From Maricurvus nonylphenolicus (GTDB lineage Bacteria; Pseudomonadota; Gammaproteobacteria; Pseudomonadales; Cellvibrionaceae): 64,000 bases of DNA. The stretch's first letter is position 1; every line of letters starts with the position of its first letter. Position numbers and translations under genes: made by a program. Below, in pieces: positions 46,406-58,071 of the stretch. The stretch is from contig NZ_AP031498.1 in the NCBI RefSeq assembly GCF_042854845.1, forward strand, positions 4,918,600 to 4,982,599, read 5' to 3'. The notes under the pieces are model-generated. The model made no database searches. It saw only the letters and a program-made list of their open reading frames with translations, and had not been told where the DNA came from.

Positions 46406-47344
46406 CTAAACCTTTGCCCAATATTCCTCTGGCAATATTGCGCCTTTATGACCAACCACATCGGCCGCCAATTGCATGCCACATTTGACCGCATCCTGCG
46501 CCGACGCCCCGCTTAAACGGGCCGCCAAGTAACCACCATTAAAACCATCCCCGGCACCGGTGGTATCAGCCACCTGATTCGCCGCGATGACATCAATTAA
46601 CTCTGTCGTGCCATTCACCATCAGGGTAAGTGGTTGTACACCATCGCTGACCACGACTTCCGGTACATCGCGAGCAACAATCCAAGCCATCGCCGCCGGT
46701 TTGTCGACAAGCCCCAAACTCAACATGACATCATCCAAGCTGGGCAGAAAAATATCTGTTCTAGACAATACCCACTCACAGGCCTTCAGGTAGGCATCAG
46801 CGGAGGGCCATAGCGCTGGACGATAGTTGTTATCAAAAACGACCAGGCCACCTGAACGTCTAAAATTATCCAACCAGGCAACAAAAGCCGTACGGCTTGC
46901 TTCTGTCATCAGTGCCAGGGTAATGCCCGAAAAATAGATATGGCTAACGGCTTCAAGTTTGTTCAGCGCAGTCAAAAGCTGATCACTATCGCCAAAAAAA
47001 TGTTTAGCGGCAGAATTGTCACGCTTGTAAGTAAATGTGCGTTCACCCAAGGCATCATTGTTGATAAAGTACATGCCCGCCTTATGGGCATGATCAATAA
47101 CGACCGCTTCGGTATTCACGTCATGATCGCGTGCAAACTGTAATATTTTGTCACTGCCAGAATCCAGGCCTAGCGCCGCTAATAAATGCGCTTCACCGTA
47201 CAAATGGGATACCACTACGGCGACATTGAGCACATCGCCAGCAACTCCCATGTTGTAGCTTTGGCCACTGATTGGAGTCAGCTCCAATAAGGGTTCACCT
47301 AACAAAACTATTTTGTTTTCATTCTGGCTTTTCATTACAACCAC
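46406..47344 (-). CDS. kdgK: PfkB-family sugar kinase, 2-dehydro-3-deoxygluconokinase-like
   Basis: PfkB signatures (…GDVLNVA…, C-terminal DTTGAGDGFNGG). Confidence 0.7.
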   Translation of the reverse strand: MVVMKSQNENKIVLLGEPLLELTPISGQSYNMGVAGDVLNVAVVVSHLYGEAHLLAALGLDSGSDKILQFARDHDVNTEAVVIDHAHKAGMYFINNDALGERTFTYKRDNSAAKHFFGDSDQLLTALNKLEAVSHIYFSGITLALMTEASRTAFVAWLDNFRRSGGLVVFDNNYRPALWPSADAYLKACEWVLSRTDIFLPSLDDVMLSLGLVDKPAAMAWIVARDVPEVVVSDGVQPLTLMVNGTTELIDVIAANQVADTTGAGDGFNGGYLAARLSGASAQDAVKCGMQLAADVVGHKGAILPEEYWAKV

Positions 47345-47359
47345 TTTTACAACTCTTTT

Positions 47360-48688
47360 TTACAACAACCCAAACCAGCGGGGTAAAAACTCACTGATTG
47401 CCGGGAAGAAGGTCACCAGCACCAGGGCAACCAACATGGCGCCATACAGTGGCAACAGTGGTTTGATCAAATCAGCAATACGGGTTTGGCCTACACCACA
47501 ACCGACAAACAACACAGTACCTACCGGTGGTGTACACAGACCAATACAGAGATTCAAAATCATCATAATGCCGAAGTGCAGCGGCGAGATGCCCATTTCG
47601 GCCGCTACGGGCAAAAAGATCGGGGTAAAGATCAATACTGCCGGAGTCATATCCATAAAAGTACCCACCAACAGCAAGATCAAATTGATCATCAATAAAA
47701 CCATCAACGGGTTTTCAGACATCGCTAATAAGGCTTCACTCAACAACTGAGGGATCTGTTCATAGGACAGCATCCACGACATAGCCGCCGAGGTAGCAAT
47801 CAGAAACATTACGATAGCAGTAGTTTCTACCGTCTTGATCAGAATTGCCGGTAGATCACGAATCGCTACCTGGCGATAAACCACCACCGATAAAAACAGC
47901 GCATAGAGTACCGCCAACACACTGGCCTCTGTCGCCGTAAAAATACCACCGACAATGCCGCCAATAATCAGCACAATCATTAACAGGCTGGGCACCGCAT
48001 CCAGCACTTTAAAAAAACTGGCTTTTACGCCATAACGCTCAGCTCGCGGGTATTTATGCCAAATGGCATAGGCCATACAGCTGACCATAATCATCAAGCC
48101 TATCAATACCCCCGGCAGATAACCGGCAACAAACAAAGCACCAATGGATACGCCACCACTGGCCAGGGAATAGATAATTAAAATATTGCTGGGCGGAATT
48201 AATAAACCGGTGGTAGAGGATGCAACGGTAACGGCGGTATTAAATTCTTTTTTATAACCCTGTTTGTTCATCTCCGGAATCATAAAGCCACCGATGGCAG
48301 AGGTCGCCGCCACCGCCGAACCGGAAATAGAACCGAACAACATCGAAGACATCACATTGACCAGCGCCAAACCACCGGGTAAACGGCCAATTAATACCTT
48401 AGCCATTTCAATCAAACGATGAGCAATACCACCCTGCCCCATTAATTGCCCCGCCAGAATAAAGAAGGGAATCGCCAACAAAGCAAAGCTGTTAACACCA
48501 CCGGCCATTTGTTGGGCCAGGGTTGTTAAGGCAGCTGTGGATTCAATGGTAAATAACATGGCAACCATGGTTGCCATGCCAATACAGATGGCAATGGGGA
48601 CATGCAGCGCCATCAGAATGATAAAAATCAGGATCATCGCCAACGCAGAAAATTCCATACTAGCAATCTCCCCTGCGCACTTCTGCAA
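47360..48688 (-). CDS. TRAP transporter large permease (DctM family)
   Basis: 442 aa with about 12 TM helices. Fits the DctM family. Confidence 0.85.
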   Translation of the reverse strand: MQKCAGEIASMEFSALAMILIFIILMALHVPIAICIGMATMVAMLFTIESTAALTTLAQQMAGGVNSFALLAIPFFILAGQLMGQGGIAHRLIEMAKVLIGRLPGGLALVNVMSSMLFGSISGSAVAATSAIGGFMIPEMNKQGYKKEFNTAVTVASSTTGLLIPPSNILIIYSLASGGVSIGALFVAGYLPGVLIGLMIMVSCMAYAIWHKYPRAERYGVKASFFKVLDAVPSLLMIVLIIGGIVGGIFTATEASVLAVLYALFLSVVVYRQVAIRDLPAILIKTVETTAIVMFLIATSAAMSWMLSYEQIPQLLSEALLAMSENPLMVLLMINLILLLVGTFMDMTPAVLIFTPIFLPVAAEMGISPLHFGIMMILNLCIGLCTPPVGTVLFVGCGVGQTRIADLIKPLLPLYGAMLVALVLVTFFPAISEFLPRWFGLL

Positions 48689-49138
48689 TCATAAATTCCA
48701 GGCTGTAACAAACGATCAATAAACCACTCATCGGAATTACGCTATAGACGTAAGCCATGGGCAATCCTAAAGCGCCGGAGACCTGCTCCAGCTCCCAGGT
48801 TAATAAGGTCAGTTGACTGCCACCAAAGACCAACACCAACAAGGCAAACAAACCAGAGACAACATAACTAAACAGATTGGCAATGCGTTGCTTATCCACG
48901 GAGAGTTTCTCCGTCAGCAGATCAATACCCAAATGCATTTTTTTGCGGAAGGCGTAAGCACCACCCAGAAAGCTGATCCAAATTAACAGGAAGCGGGCAA
49001 TCTCTTCGGTGTAGGAGCTGGGGCGCATAAAGACATAACGACTGGCTACCTGCCAGGTTACATCCACCACCATAGCGAGCATTAAAAAGAACAATGTCCA
49101 CTTCACCAAGTTGTCGACCCTTGTCATGAAGGCATACA

Positions 49139-49139
<1 letters not shown>
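48660..49139 (-). CDS. TRAP transporter small permease (DctQ family)
   Basis: 159 aa with 4 TM helices, overlapping dctM. Confidence 0.8.
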
Positions 49140-50122
<983 letters not shown>

Positions 50123-50176
50123 AGACTATTACCTAGCTATTTGAACCACCCGCTACACGGGTGTTTTACCAATTCC

Positions 50177-50194
50177 ATATTGGTATTACCAATT
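50177..50194. promoter_or_regulatory. operator candidate ATATTGGTATTACCAATT (palindrome TGGTATTACCA), TRAP-uxu / gntR divergent region
   Basis: Near-match to the UxuR/ExuR-type box TTGGTATACCAA. Copy 1 of 3 in the window. Confidence 0.45.
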
Positions 50195-50286
50195 CTATAG
50201 AAGCTAATCTAAAATGCAATATAGCTGTGCTCATAAGATCAAATCCCACTAAATAAGGTAGTACACATAACTTGAGGCCAGTATAA

Positions 50287-51054
50287 TTGGCTCAACCAAT
50301 CGACCAGTTAACAGTAAGCGATTTCATGCCTAAAGCAGCGACCGATGAGATTCAGGTTCAACGCCTGTATCTGCAGATCTATAAAAAGATCAGTACCATG
50401 ATCCACAATGGGGATTTTCAGCCCGGAGAACGTCTGCCCTCAGAGCGTGCCCTGGCGGAGCAATTCAACGTTAGCCGCCCGCCGCTGCGTGAAGCGATTA
50501 TTGCCTTGGAGGTAATGGGACTGGTTGAAGTTAAACCAGGTTCAGGCGTGTACGTTCGCGAACAGGCAGAAGAAACAGAAACCAATACCACCCAGGAACC
50601 GGAAGACTTGCCAGGGCCGTTTGAGATTCTGGAAGCGCGAATGCACTTTGAAGCCGCTGCCGCCGCACTGGCTGCCGAACGTATTGGCAATAATGAATTG
50701 CAGCTACTGTCTCAACTATTGGGTCAGCTTAAGCAATTCAATGAAGATAAAGATGCAGACGCCGCCGAGAAGGTTGACCAACAGTTTCATATGGTAATTG
50801 CCGATGCCTGTCGTAATAGTGCGATTACCTCCACTATACGCTGGTTGTGGGAACTGCGTAATCAATCGGAAATTAGTGCCCAGTTCCACCAGGATCTGCG
50901 TACCGAAGGGTCTCTGCCTACCATTCAGGATCATGAAGATATTCTGTCAGCCTTAATGCAACGTGACAGTCAACTGGCACGTGAAGCCATGCAGAAGCAT
51001 TTGCAGCGAGTCATTACTAATTTGACGCAGCACAGTGCTGCGCGATTTAAGTAA
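50287..51054 (+). CDS. GntR-family (FadR/FCD subfamily) transcriptional regulator, UxuR/ExuR-like
   Basis: N-terminal wHTH (…GERLPSERALAEQFNVSRPPLREAI…), C-terminal FCD domain. Confidence 0.8.
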   Translation: MAQPIDQLTVSDFMPKAATDEIQVQRLYLQIYKKISTMIHNGDFQPGERLPSERALAEQFNVSRPPLREAIIALEVMGLVEVKPGSGVYVREQAEETETNTTQEPEDLPGPFEILEARMHFEAAAAALAAERIGNNELQLLSQLLGQLKQFNEDKDADAAEKVDQQFHMVIADACRNSAITSTIRWLWELRNQSEISAQFHQDLRTEGSLPTIQDHEDILSALMQRDSQLAREAMQKHLQRVITNLTQHSAARFK

Positions 51055-51065
51055 CAATACTGATT

Positions 51066-51093
51066 CGCCAGACCCGCTTTCGCGGGGATGGCA
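51066..51093. repeat. REP-like palindromic unit CGCCAGACCCGCTTTCGCGGGGATGGCA between convergent genes
   Basis: Same family as 38337-38448. Confidence 0.4.
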
Positions 51094-51131
51094 AGACTTA
51101 TGGTTACATCGATTGATTGGTGAATAAATCT

Positions 51132-53039
51132 TTAACGCGGGCTATACCAGATCGGTGATGTCCAGGCTCGCTCTTGCAGGGTTTTGGGCACAGAGGCATC
51201 ACAGCAAGATTGCAGGTGCTCAGGTACTGATTCCGGGTTACTGCAATCCACCTGATTGTTCATGCACACATGAGCATTCCAACGGCAACTGGGATTTTCT
51301 ACTACACGGGCGTAATAGTAAGCCTGCTGTTTTGAATTAAACATCGGGTCATCCCATACCGCACAGAGTTTCTGGAAACCCACCCCCTGCGACTCACACG
51401 TAGCCAAGTCGACACTGGCACCGTTATCGGGATTCCCCGCAACATCCATCACCTTTTCTTGTGAGCGCCCTTCGGCATCAACCCAACCTTTTATGATTTG
51501 TAGACGCTGTAACGGCGTACCGGGATTTTTTAAGGTTCCGCTATCAGCTTGGGCTAAAACCACAAAGCGCGGACTGGCGTCCGTCGATTCAAGACGTAAA
51601 TCTCCCCCCATGGGCACACCGTGTTGATAGCCCTGTTTCGCCAGAGTTTCCGCGTCAAAGGAACAGGCATCTTGCGGTATGTTCTCCCCACCAAAAAAGC
51701 GCACACCAATACGTGGTCCCGTGGTGCCATAAGCTTCACGACGTTTCATTGCAGCAAATAATGACTCGCGGGTATTTTGCTCGGCATAAACCACCGCCAA
51801 GCCACCCGGGCCTGACTCGACAAAATCCGGCAACTGTTTTTCCACCGGCAACTCTTTGGAAAAGTTCTGATCACCGTGATGACCGGCATAGTTGGACTCT
51901 TCGACTGCACCTGGTGCGGTGATATGGGTATCGGTGCCGCCAATAAAACCGGTTTTGAATGGATTGATGCCGTGCAGCTGCTCCTGCCGTAAACCTTCCC
52001 GTAGGGCCTCACGCATATAGCGGGTATCGTTAGCCGGCGGCTTGCGCATAAACTCGACATATTTACCCAGAAATGAACTGTAAGGTAACTTTTCGAAATT
52101 ACACAGTTCATCTTCACCAAGGCCTGAACCATAGAAGCATTCAGAGTCACCCTTGTGCTGCATAATTTCCGCCAGGGTTTCGTAGGACTGTCGCTGAGCG
52201 GCCACCTCCGGTGTCATCAACTCACCATTACCCATTAACGGCGAGAACATCATCCCTTTACTCAAGTTCATATTGTGGGGAATGGTAATCGCATCACAGC
52301 CTTTACCGGTGTTGCGACAATTGGTATCCAGCCCCTGCCACAACTGTTCAGCCGTGGTTGCATCATTGGCACTGATGGGTGTGTGCACCACTTCAGAATT
52401 ACGAAAAATCACATTGCGGTGCATATTGGCACCGTTTTGTGTCGCACTCCATTCGTACCCCACAAATGCGGTAAATTCACAGGGTTTATTATAGGCTTCA
52501 GCGGATTGAATGGTGTCTTGCCAGACACTTTTTTTGGCCTCAACACAAACGCCCTCTTCAGCCTGGCATGAACTCTTATCTCGAAATTTAGCGGCTGCCA
52601 TATCGTAAAAGGCTTTCCACATACCATCGAGACCGCAGGACAAGCTACCGCTCTCCCCCCAACTTGGATCACTACACAATCTGACATCAGCCAGATCTTC
52701 GGCATGATCCGTAACTGCGGCAAAATCCAGAGGACGATCAATACTTAAAAACCGGGCGCTATTACCTTCGGCATCGAAAGGCGGCAAGGGAATAGACTGG
52801 CCTAACGCGAAGCGATACGCATCATCCGGCGTTGTTCGAGATCCCATCCGAAAGTAAGAATCGGCGGAATAACTGGAATGCACATGCAAATCGCCAAAGA
52901 ACGCTTGGCGAGCCTCAGAATAATGACTGCATGTATCTTCAGCTTGAACTTGGGCTTCACTGTGGTTTGGCACAGGGATGCCTAACAGAAGCGACGCGAG
53001 TAACAGCCCAGAGCCATTACCCGTGATAGATCTAGTCAT
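51132..53039 (-). CDS. DUF3604-like secreted protein (PHP-like His motif)
   Basis: Signal peptide, then FGDLHVHSSYSADSY. Start set at the internal Met (MTRSIT…) so that the gene abuts the GH2 stop with a 2-bp gap. Confidence 0.5.
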   Translation of the reverse strand: MTRSITGNGSGLLLASLLLGIPVPNHSEAQVQAEDTCSHYSEARQAFFGDLHVHSSYSADSYFRMGSRTTPDDAYRFALGQSIPLPPFDAEGNSARFLSIDRPLDFAAVTDHAEDLADVRLCSDPSWGESGSLSCGLDGMWKAFYDMAAAKFRDKSSCQAEEGVCVEAKKSVWQDTIQSAEAYNKPCEFTAFVGYEWSATQNGANMHRNVIFRNSEVVHTPISANDATTAEQLWQGLDTNCRNTGKGCDAITIPHNMNLSKGMMFSPLMGNGELMTPEVAAQRQSYETLAEIMQHKGDSECFYGSGLGEDELCNFEKLPYSSFLGKYVEFMRKPPANDTRYMREALREGLRQEQLHGINPFKTGFIGGTDTHITAPGAVEESNYAGHHGDQNFSKELPVEKQLPDFVESGPGGLAVVYAEQNTRESLFAAMKRREAYGTTGPRIGVRFFGGENIPQDACSFDAETLAKQGYQHGVPMGGDLRLESTDASPRFVVLAQADSGTLKNPGTPLQRLQIIKGWVDAEGRSQEKVMDVAGNPDNGASVDLATCESQGVGFQKLCAVWDDPMFNSKQQAYYYARVVENPSCRWNAHVCMNNQVDCSNPESVPEHLQSCCDASVPKTLQERAWTSPIWYSPR

Positions 53040-56000
53040 TGTTAGCAATCGCCTTTGCCGGATCCGTAAACAGCAATGCATAGCGCTCTTTTCGTGCCTC
53101 TACAGCATCTTTGGACGCCACCACAACATACTGCTGCTCGGTTAGCGGCTGCCCCTCATCAATGATCTGACCATCCTGCTTAAGTAGCAATTGATATTCA
53201 TCACTCACCAGCTGCAGATTTTCTGTTAGCTCCACCATGGTCATGCCACGAGGAATAGAAATCACATGACTGCCATAATCCACATCCAGCGCATGCGAGA
53301 ACAACAAACCACCATCAACAGATAACTCCGTGGCTCCCACCAATTTAAACTTACCGATGAGCGGAATTTCAAAGAAATACGTTGAGTCCAGAATATTAAT
53401 ACGAACATAACGCGCTATTTTTTGAATATCATCCTGAGTACGGTGAGAGATCTCGTTATCTGATTTATCAACAACGGTCTCATAAGTTTCCACAAATACC
53501 GTTTCGTCCAGGGCAACATCTTTGGCAAGCTCAATGGTGTAAAGCATTTTACCATTTTCACTCATTTCTCCTGATAGCCAGGTTGCCTCCAAACTGTCGA
53601 TGTAATAGTTAGCCCCTAAATCGATTTTGAACTGGCCACCGCGATTACCACTGGGATCACCGGTTAACCAGACGGGGGAAACCTCGAGTTCCTTTGCGGC
53701 GTCCATATCCACAGAAGCAACAGCTTCACCATCAACGGCTTTATACGCCGGTGCCGCTGGATACCCCATCATACCGTGAGCCAATTCTGCATTGACTTTG
53801 ATGGGCCTGGCTACAGATAGAGCCCCCTCGGCAATTTGATAGGCCTGACGATCACCGTTGCTAGCAACCACTTCAAATTTATCGCCAACCGCAACCAGGG
53901 TAGAGCCTTCGCCCGTCTGGGACATATCCAGTGAAGCACCGTAAGGCAATTTGATCAATGATTTCAGGCTCTCGACCGTTGTGCCATAGGGAACATGGAA
54001 AACGCGATGCTCTTGTAAATCGATGCCTAAAACACCATCAACAGCGGCGATACGGGTATCGTCATTTTCTACTCGAGTCCACTGAACTTTATCACGCTGC
54101 AATTTACCCTCTGCATCACGACCAACAACTTCAATAGTGTTTTCACCCATGGAGAGTTCTATATCGCTCCAGATGATTTTGTACTCACCAGTTTGAGACT
54201 TGGAGCCAATAGACTGGCCATTTACCTGCAACTCAACATCTCTCAGGTTGGTATAGATTTTCACATCGGTTTCTGCACGCTTACGCTCAGTGAAACGTCG
54301 ACTGGTGACATACAGGACCGGTTCTTTACTCCAGTTAGCCTTATACCAGTAGAAGCTGTCTTTATAGGTTTTGCGATCGTAAGTCACCAGGCCTTTATCA
54401 TTCATACCCGGACGCTCACCTTCATCACGGCCATCAACCGCAAAATCAAACATATTCCAAATAAACTTCGACCACACAAAAGGACGTTGCTTCAGCTCTT
54501 CCCAGTTACCTTCGTGATACAGGTTTTGGAATTCTTCAGAGTGATCACCTTTTTTCGGCTCTGCCGTATGAATACTGGGGCCAGCACCTGCGCCATACTC
54601 ACTGACACCAAAGGCGCGATTAGGGAACGCGGCCCTTGATTCATCCGCCCATTTACCGATATCGGCGATTTTTTCGTAATACCAACCGTAATACACGTTC
54701 TGGGCAACGATATCGTTTACATACCAAATATCATCGCCTTGATGATGCCCCAGAACTGCTGCAGTGGTTACACGACTATCATCTTCTTGCTTGGCCAATA
54801 CATTAAGTCGTTTAAGGATTTCCACTCCGCCCGGAGTTAAACCGGTCATGCTCACTTCATTGGAAATCCCCCAGAACAAAATTGAAGGATGATTAAAGTT
54901 TTGACGAATCAGTTCTTTTAACTGCTCGGCAGCATTATCTTCAAACGCTTGCGACTCAGGCACTTCGTTAATCACCGGAATTTCAGCCCAGGTCACAAAC
55001 CCCATTTCATTCATCAATTGATAAACATAGGGGTCATGCTGATAGTGAGCCAGACGTACTCCGGTTGTACCCATATCGGCAATAATCTCGAAATCACGCT
55101 TGTGATCTTCGTCGCTTATCGCCCAGCCTTTACCCTCGAGATCCTGATGGCGGTTAACACCTTTAACATCGTAGTACTCACCATTGAGCAGCAGACCTTT
55201 TTCAGGGTCAACCTCAAAGGTACGCAAACCCAATGGTTGGGTAATGCTATCCACAACGCGATCAGTGTCTTTTAACTGAACAGCCACCTGATACAGGTAA
55301 GGGTCAATAACACCATTCCAGCGGCGCGGGTTATCAATCGCCAGCTCAACGAGCTCAGATACTTTGCCAGCAGCAGGAATACTTACCGCTTGGCTTTTAC
55401 GTTGCAGGGTTTCACCTTCAGCATTAACAATACTGACTTCCAGTACTCGCTCAACGGCTTGATCTTGTTTGTTAACCAGATTGATATCGGCACGAACTTC
55501 AGCTCGCTCATCACTCAGCGATTGCTGATGCAGAAATACACCGGCAGAGGCGTAGTCCATCAGTTCGATATGATCCTGATCAGTTACGATCAAAGACAAA
55601 TCACGGTAGATTCCCCCAAAGAAGGTGTAGTCCGCACTTAATGGGGCAATATCATTATTGCGCTCATTATTTACCTTAATGGCCAGCTCGTGCTCCGCAC
55701 CTGGAGTCATGTAATCCGTAAGATCAAAACGGAATGCTGCGTAACCACCGCGGTGTTCACCAACATGCTGACCATCCACATAGACATCAGTAATCAAATT
55801 GGCCGCATCAAAATGCAGATAAAAGCGTTTACCAGCCAGTGAGTCCGACACCTTAATCTGCTTGCGGTACCAGCCATCGCCACGGAAGTAGTTATTGCCA
55901 CCGTCATAGCCGTCTTCGGCATTCCAGGTATGAGGCAGATTTATTGGCTCCCACTCCTTATCAGAAGCCGTTAAAAAACTGACCTCTTCCAATGATAAGC

Positions 56001-56166
56001 TGCCTTTATAAAACTCCCACTTTTCATTTAGCGAGACCTCAGCACGCCCCACAGAAAGCTGATTATCAGCTAATTTCACCACCTGAGTACCGTCAGAACA
56101 GGCAATCAGAAGGAAAGCAAAGACGGGAACACACAAACGCATGACAAACCGGGGCATAACTCTCAC
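53032..56166 (-). CDS. glycoside hydrolase family 2 (beta-galactosidase/beta-glucuronidase-like) with extra C-terminal beta-sandwich domains, probable lipoprotein
   Basis: GH2 sugar-binding N-domain (…WYRKQIKV…YLHFDAANLITDVYVDGQHVGEHRGGY…) and TIM barrel with NHPSILFWGISNEV (acid/base Glu). Lipobox LLIAC. True start is probably MRLCV (~56142). Confidence 0.8.
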   Translation of the reverse strand: MRVMPRFVMRLCVPVFAFLLIACSDGTQVVKLADNQLSVGRAEVSLNEKWEFYKGSLSLEEVSFLTASDKEWEPINLPHTWNAEDGYDGGNNYFRGDGWYRKQIKVSDSLAGKRFYLHFDAANLITDVYVDGQHVGEHRGGYAAFRFDLTDYMTPGAEHELAIKVNNERNNDIAPLSADYTFFGGIYRDLSLIVTDQDHIELMDYASAGVFLHQQSLSDERAEVRADINLVNKQDQAVERVLEVSIVNAEGETLQRKSQAVSIPAAGKVSELVELAIDNPRRWNGVIDPYLYQVAVQLKDTDRVVDSITQPLGLRTFEVDPEKGLLLNGEYYDVKGVNRHQDLEGKGWAISDEDHKRDFEIIADMGTTGVRLAHYQHDPYVYQLMNEMGFVTWAEIPVINEVPESQAFEDNAAEQLKELIRQNFNHPSILFWGISNEVSMTGLTPGGVEILKRLNVLAKQEDDSRVTTAAVLGHHQGDDIWYVNDIVAQNVYYGWYYEKIADIGKWADESRAAFPNRAFGVSEYGAGAGPSIHTAEPKKGDHSEEFQNLYHEGNWEELKQRPFVWSKFIWNMFDFAVDGRDEGERPGMNDKGLVTYDRKTYKDSFYWYKANWSKEPVLYVTSRRFTERKRAETDVKIYTNLRDVELQVNGQSIGSKSQTGEYKIIWSDIELSMGENTIEVVGRDAEGKLQRDKVQWTRVENDDTRIAAVDGVLGIDLQEHRVFHVPYGTTVESLKSLIKLPYGASLDMSQTGEGSTLVAVGDKFEVVASNGDRQAYQIAEGALSVARPIKVNAELAHGMMGYPAAPAYKAVDGEAVASVDMDAAKELEVSPVWLTGDPSGNRGGQFKIDLGANYYIDSLEATWLSGEMSENGKMLYTIELAKDVALDETVFVETYETVVDKSDNEISHRTQDDIQKIARYVRINILDSTYFFEIPLIGKFKLVGATELSVDGGLLFSHALDVDYGSHVISIPRGMTMVELTENLQLVSDEYQLLLKQDGQIIDEGQPLTEQQYVVVASKDAVEARKERYALLFTDPAKAIANND

Positions 56167-56185
56167 TCTTTCTATCTTTATATAT

Positions 56186-56196
56186 TGGTATTACCA
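56186..56196. promoter_or_regulatory. operator candidate TGGTATTACCA upstream of the GH2 gene
   Basis: Copy 2 of 3. Confidence 0.4.
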
Positions 56197-56275
56197 GTGA
56201 ACCAATATAATACCTAGCCCCAACCTGATCAAGGGGCTTTACGCTCCTTAACCTGGTTATAATTTTAGCTGCTCA

Positions 56276-57985
56276 CTACATCTTCCATAACACTTCATCA
56301 CTTTCTTGCCAGCCATAACGCACTGCTTTAGCTACCACTTTTTCGGCGTCTAGAATCTTTAGCGGTTTTTTGTAAATCAACCAGGGACCACCATCGATCT
56401 GGTAGCCAATCGAAGCGCCCTCGGTAGGAGAATTAATGGTTAATAAGGATTTAGCCCTATTGAACGTCATGTCGGGCACCGGGGTAATCGGCTGCTTCGC
56501 ATTGGGCCAATAGCGTTGCGCCATTGCAGACTCAGGCATGTCGGCTTGTAGTTCAGTTTTAGCTAACCACTGATCCAGAGCAGCTCGTAGACGCACAAGT
56601 TCATCAACATAGCCTGGGGTATCCGCCAGATTGTTTAGCTCATGGGGATCACTCTGTATATCGTACAGCTCTTCCTCTGGCCTAAGCGTGAACCACTTTT
56701 CCTGCTCGGCGGTTAACTCGCCAGCAGTCTGTAAACGCCAGAGTTCCTGCATAATATCCAGGTTATCGCGGAATGCGAGATGCATAGCGCCCGGCGTGCC
56801 CGCATGATAATTGCGAATATATTTAAATTGTTTATCTCGTATCGCACGCTGGCGGTCTTCAGCTTCGTCCAGGCGATCCCTGGCGGCATAGATATAACGA
56901 GGCTCTTCGGAAAGCGCTTCACCTGCGAAAATATTGCCCGTCATAAACGCTGGGACATCTACTCCTGCAAGTTTTAGGATGGTTGGCGCAAGATCCTGGA
57001 AGCTCACCAGGCGTTGGTCCATGGAGCCTGCTTTTACATAAGCAGGGAGATAACGCTCTGGCCAGCGGATTATCAACGGTACTTTTATTCCTGAATCAAA
57101 CAGCTCACGTTTCGCTCTTGGCAAGCCATCACCATGATCAGTTGTCCAGATGACGATCGTGTTATCTGCCAACCCATCTTCATCCAGTACCTGTAAAATT
57201 TCACCCACCTGTTTATCCATAAGGTGGATATTGTTGTAGTGGCGGGCGATATCTTTACGCACCACAGGCGTGTCCGGGTAATAGGGTGGCAGCAACACGT
57301 CTTCAGGCTTAACAACAAGCTCTTCACCCCAACGGTAATAGCTGTGCAACAGGCCAAGCATTAGATGGGCAGCACTTTTGGGAAAATGCCACTCGGGAAA
57401 TAAACCACTTTCATGGGTGACTATAAAGTTGATCATGCCAAAGAAGGGCTGCTCGCCTTCCCTGTTGCGCCAATGGGTTCCAAAGCCCTCGTCATTCCAT
57501 ACTGTGAAGGGCCCAGAGCTACTGCCACTACCACTGAATTGATAATCCAGTTTCTTATCGGTATAGGTGTAATAACCTTCTCGGCGTAACAGTTCAGGAA
57601 AGGCCTTAACCTCGGCAGGTGGAACGCTGCGATACGCGGGGCCGGGGTAGGAAGAGGTTCTCATATGCTGAGCACCAATCGCGATTTGCGAGACACCGGT
57701 AATCAACGCTGCACGGCTGGGGGCGCACACGCCAGCGGTAGTAAAGACATTGGTATAGCGAACACCGGCTTGTGCCAAACGATCCAGATTCGGAGTGATG
57801 GCGACCGGGTCTCCAAAGGCGCCGACACGGGAACTCATATCTTCGGCGACGAGTAGAAGTATATTGGGACGAACTAGGTCCCCATCTTCTGCCACAACGC
57901 AGAAAGGCAATAAAAGCACTGCAGCACAAACTGTCTTTAGCTTCCTCAGCCAACGAATATTGAAACCTGCCTTAGACGGGAACAC
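56276..57985 (-). CDS. formylglycine-dependent sulfatase (arylsulfatase family)
   Basis: CAPSRAALITG (C-x-P-x-R). The track start is TTG at 58006. A GTG 21 nt downstream gives a clean signal peptide and is the start used here. Confidence 0.85.
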   Translation of the reverse strand: MFPSKAGFNIRWLRKLKTVCAAVLLLPFCVVAEDGDLVRPNILLLVAEDMSSRVGAFGDPVAITPNLDRLAQAGVRYTNVFTTAGVCAPSRAALITGVSQIAIGAQHMRTSSYPGPAYRSVPPAEVKAFPELLRREGYYTYTDKKLDYQFSGSGSSSGPFTVWNDEGFGTHWRNREGEQPFFGMINFIVTHESGLFPEWHFPKSAAHLMLGLLHSYYRWGEELVVKPEDVLLPPYYPDTPVVRKDIARHYNNIHLMDKQVGEILQVLDEDGLADNTIVIWTTDHGDGLPRAKRELFDSGIKVPLIIRWPERYLPAYVKAGSMDQRLVSFQDLAPTILKLAGVDVPAFMTGNIFAGEALSEEPRYIYAARDRLDEAEDRQRAIRDKQFKYIRNYHAGTPGAMHLAFRDNLDIMQELWRLQTAGELTAEQEKWFTLRPEEELYDIQSDPHELNNLADTPGYVDELVRLRAALDQWLAKTELQADMPESAMAQRYWPNAKQPITPVPDMTFNRAKSLLTINSPTEGASIGYQIDGGPWLIYKKPLKILDAEKVVAKAVRYGWQESDEVLWKM

Positions 57986-58013
57986 ATCTACCTCAAATCG
58001 CCACAAATCAAAC

Positions 58014-58024
58014 TGGTATTACCA
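58014..58024. promoter_or_regulatory. operator candidate TGGTATTACCA upstream of the sulfatase gene
   Basis: Copy 3 of 3. Confidence 0.4.
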
Positions 58025-58071
58025 ATTTAACCAAACGACCAAAAGGATGCAATAGGCGAATCTAAGCCGAC

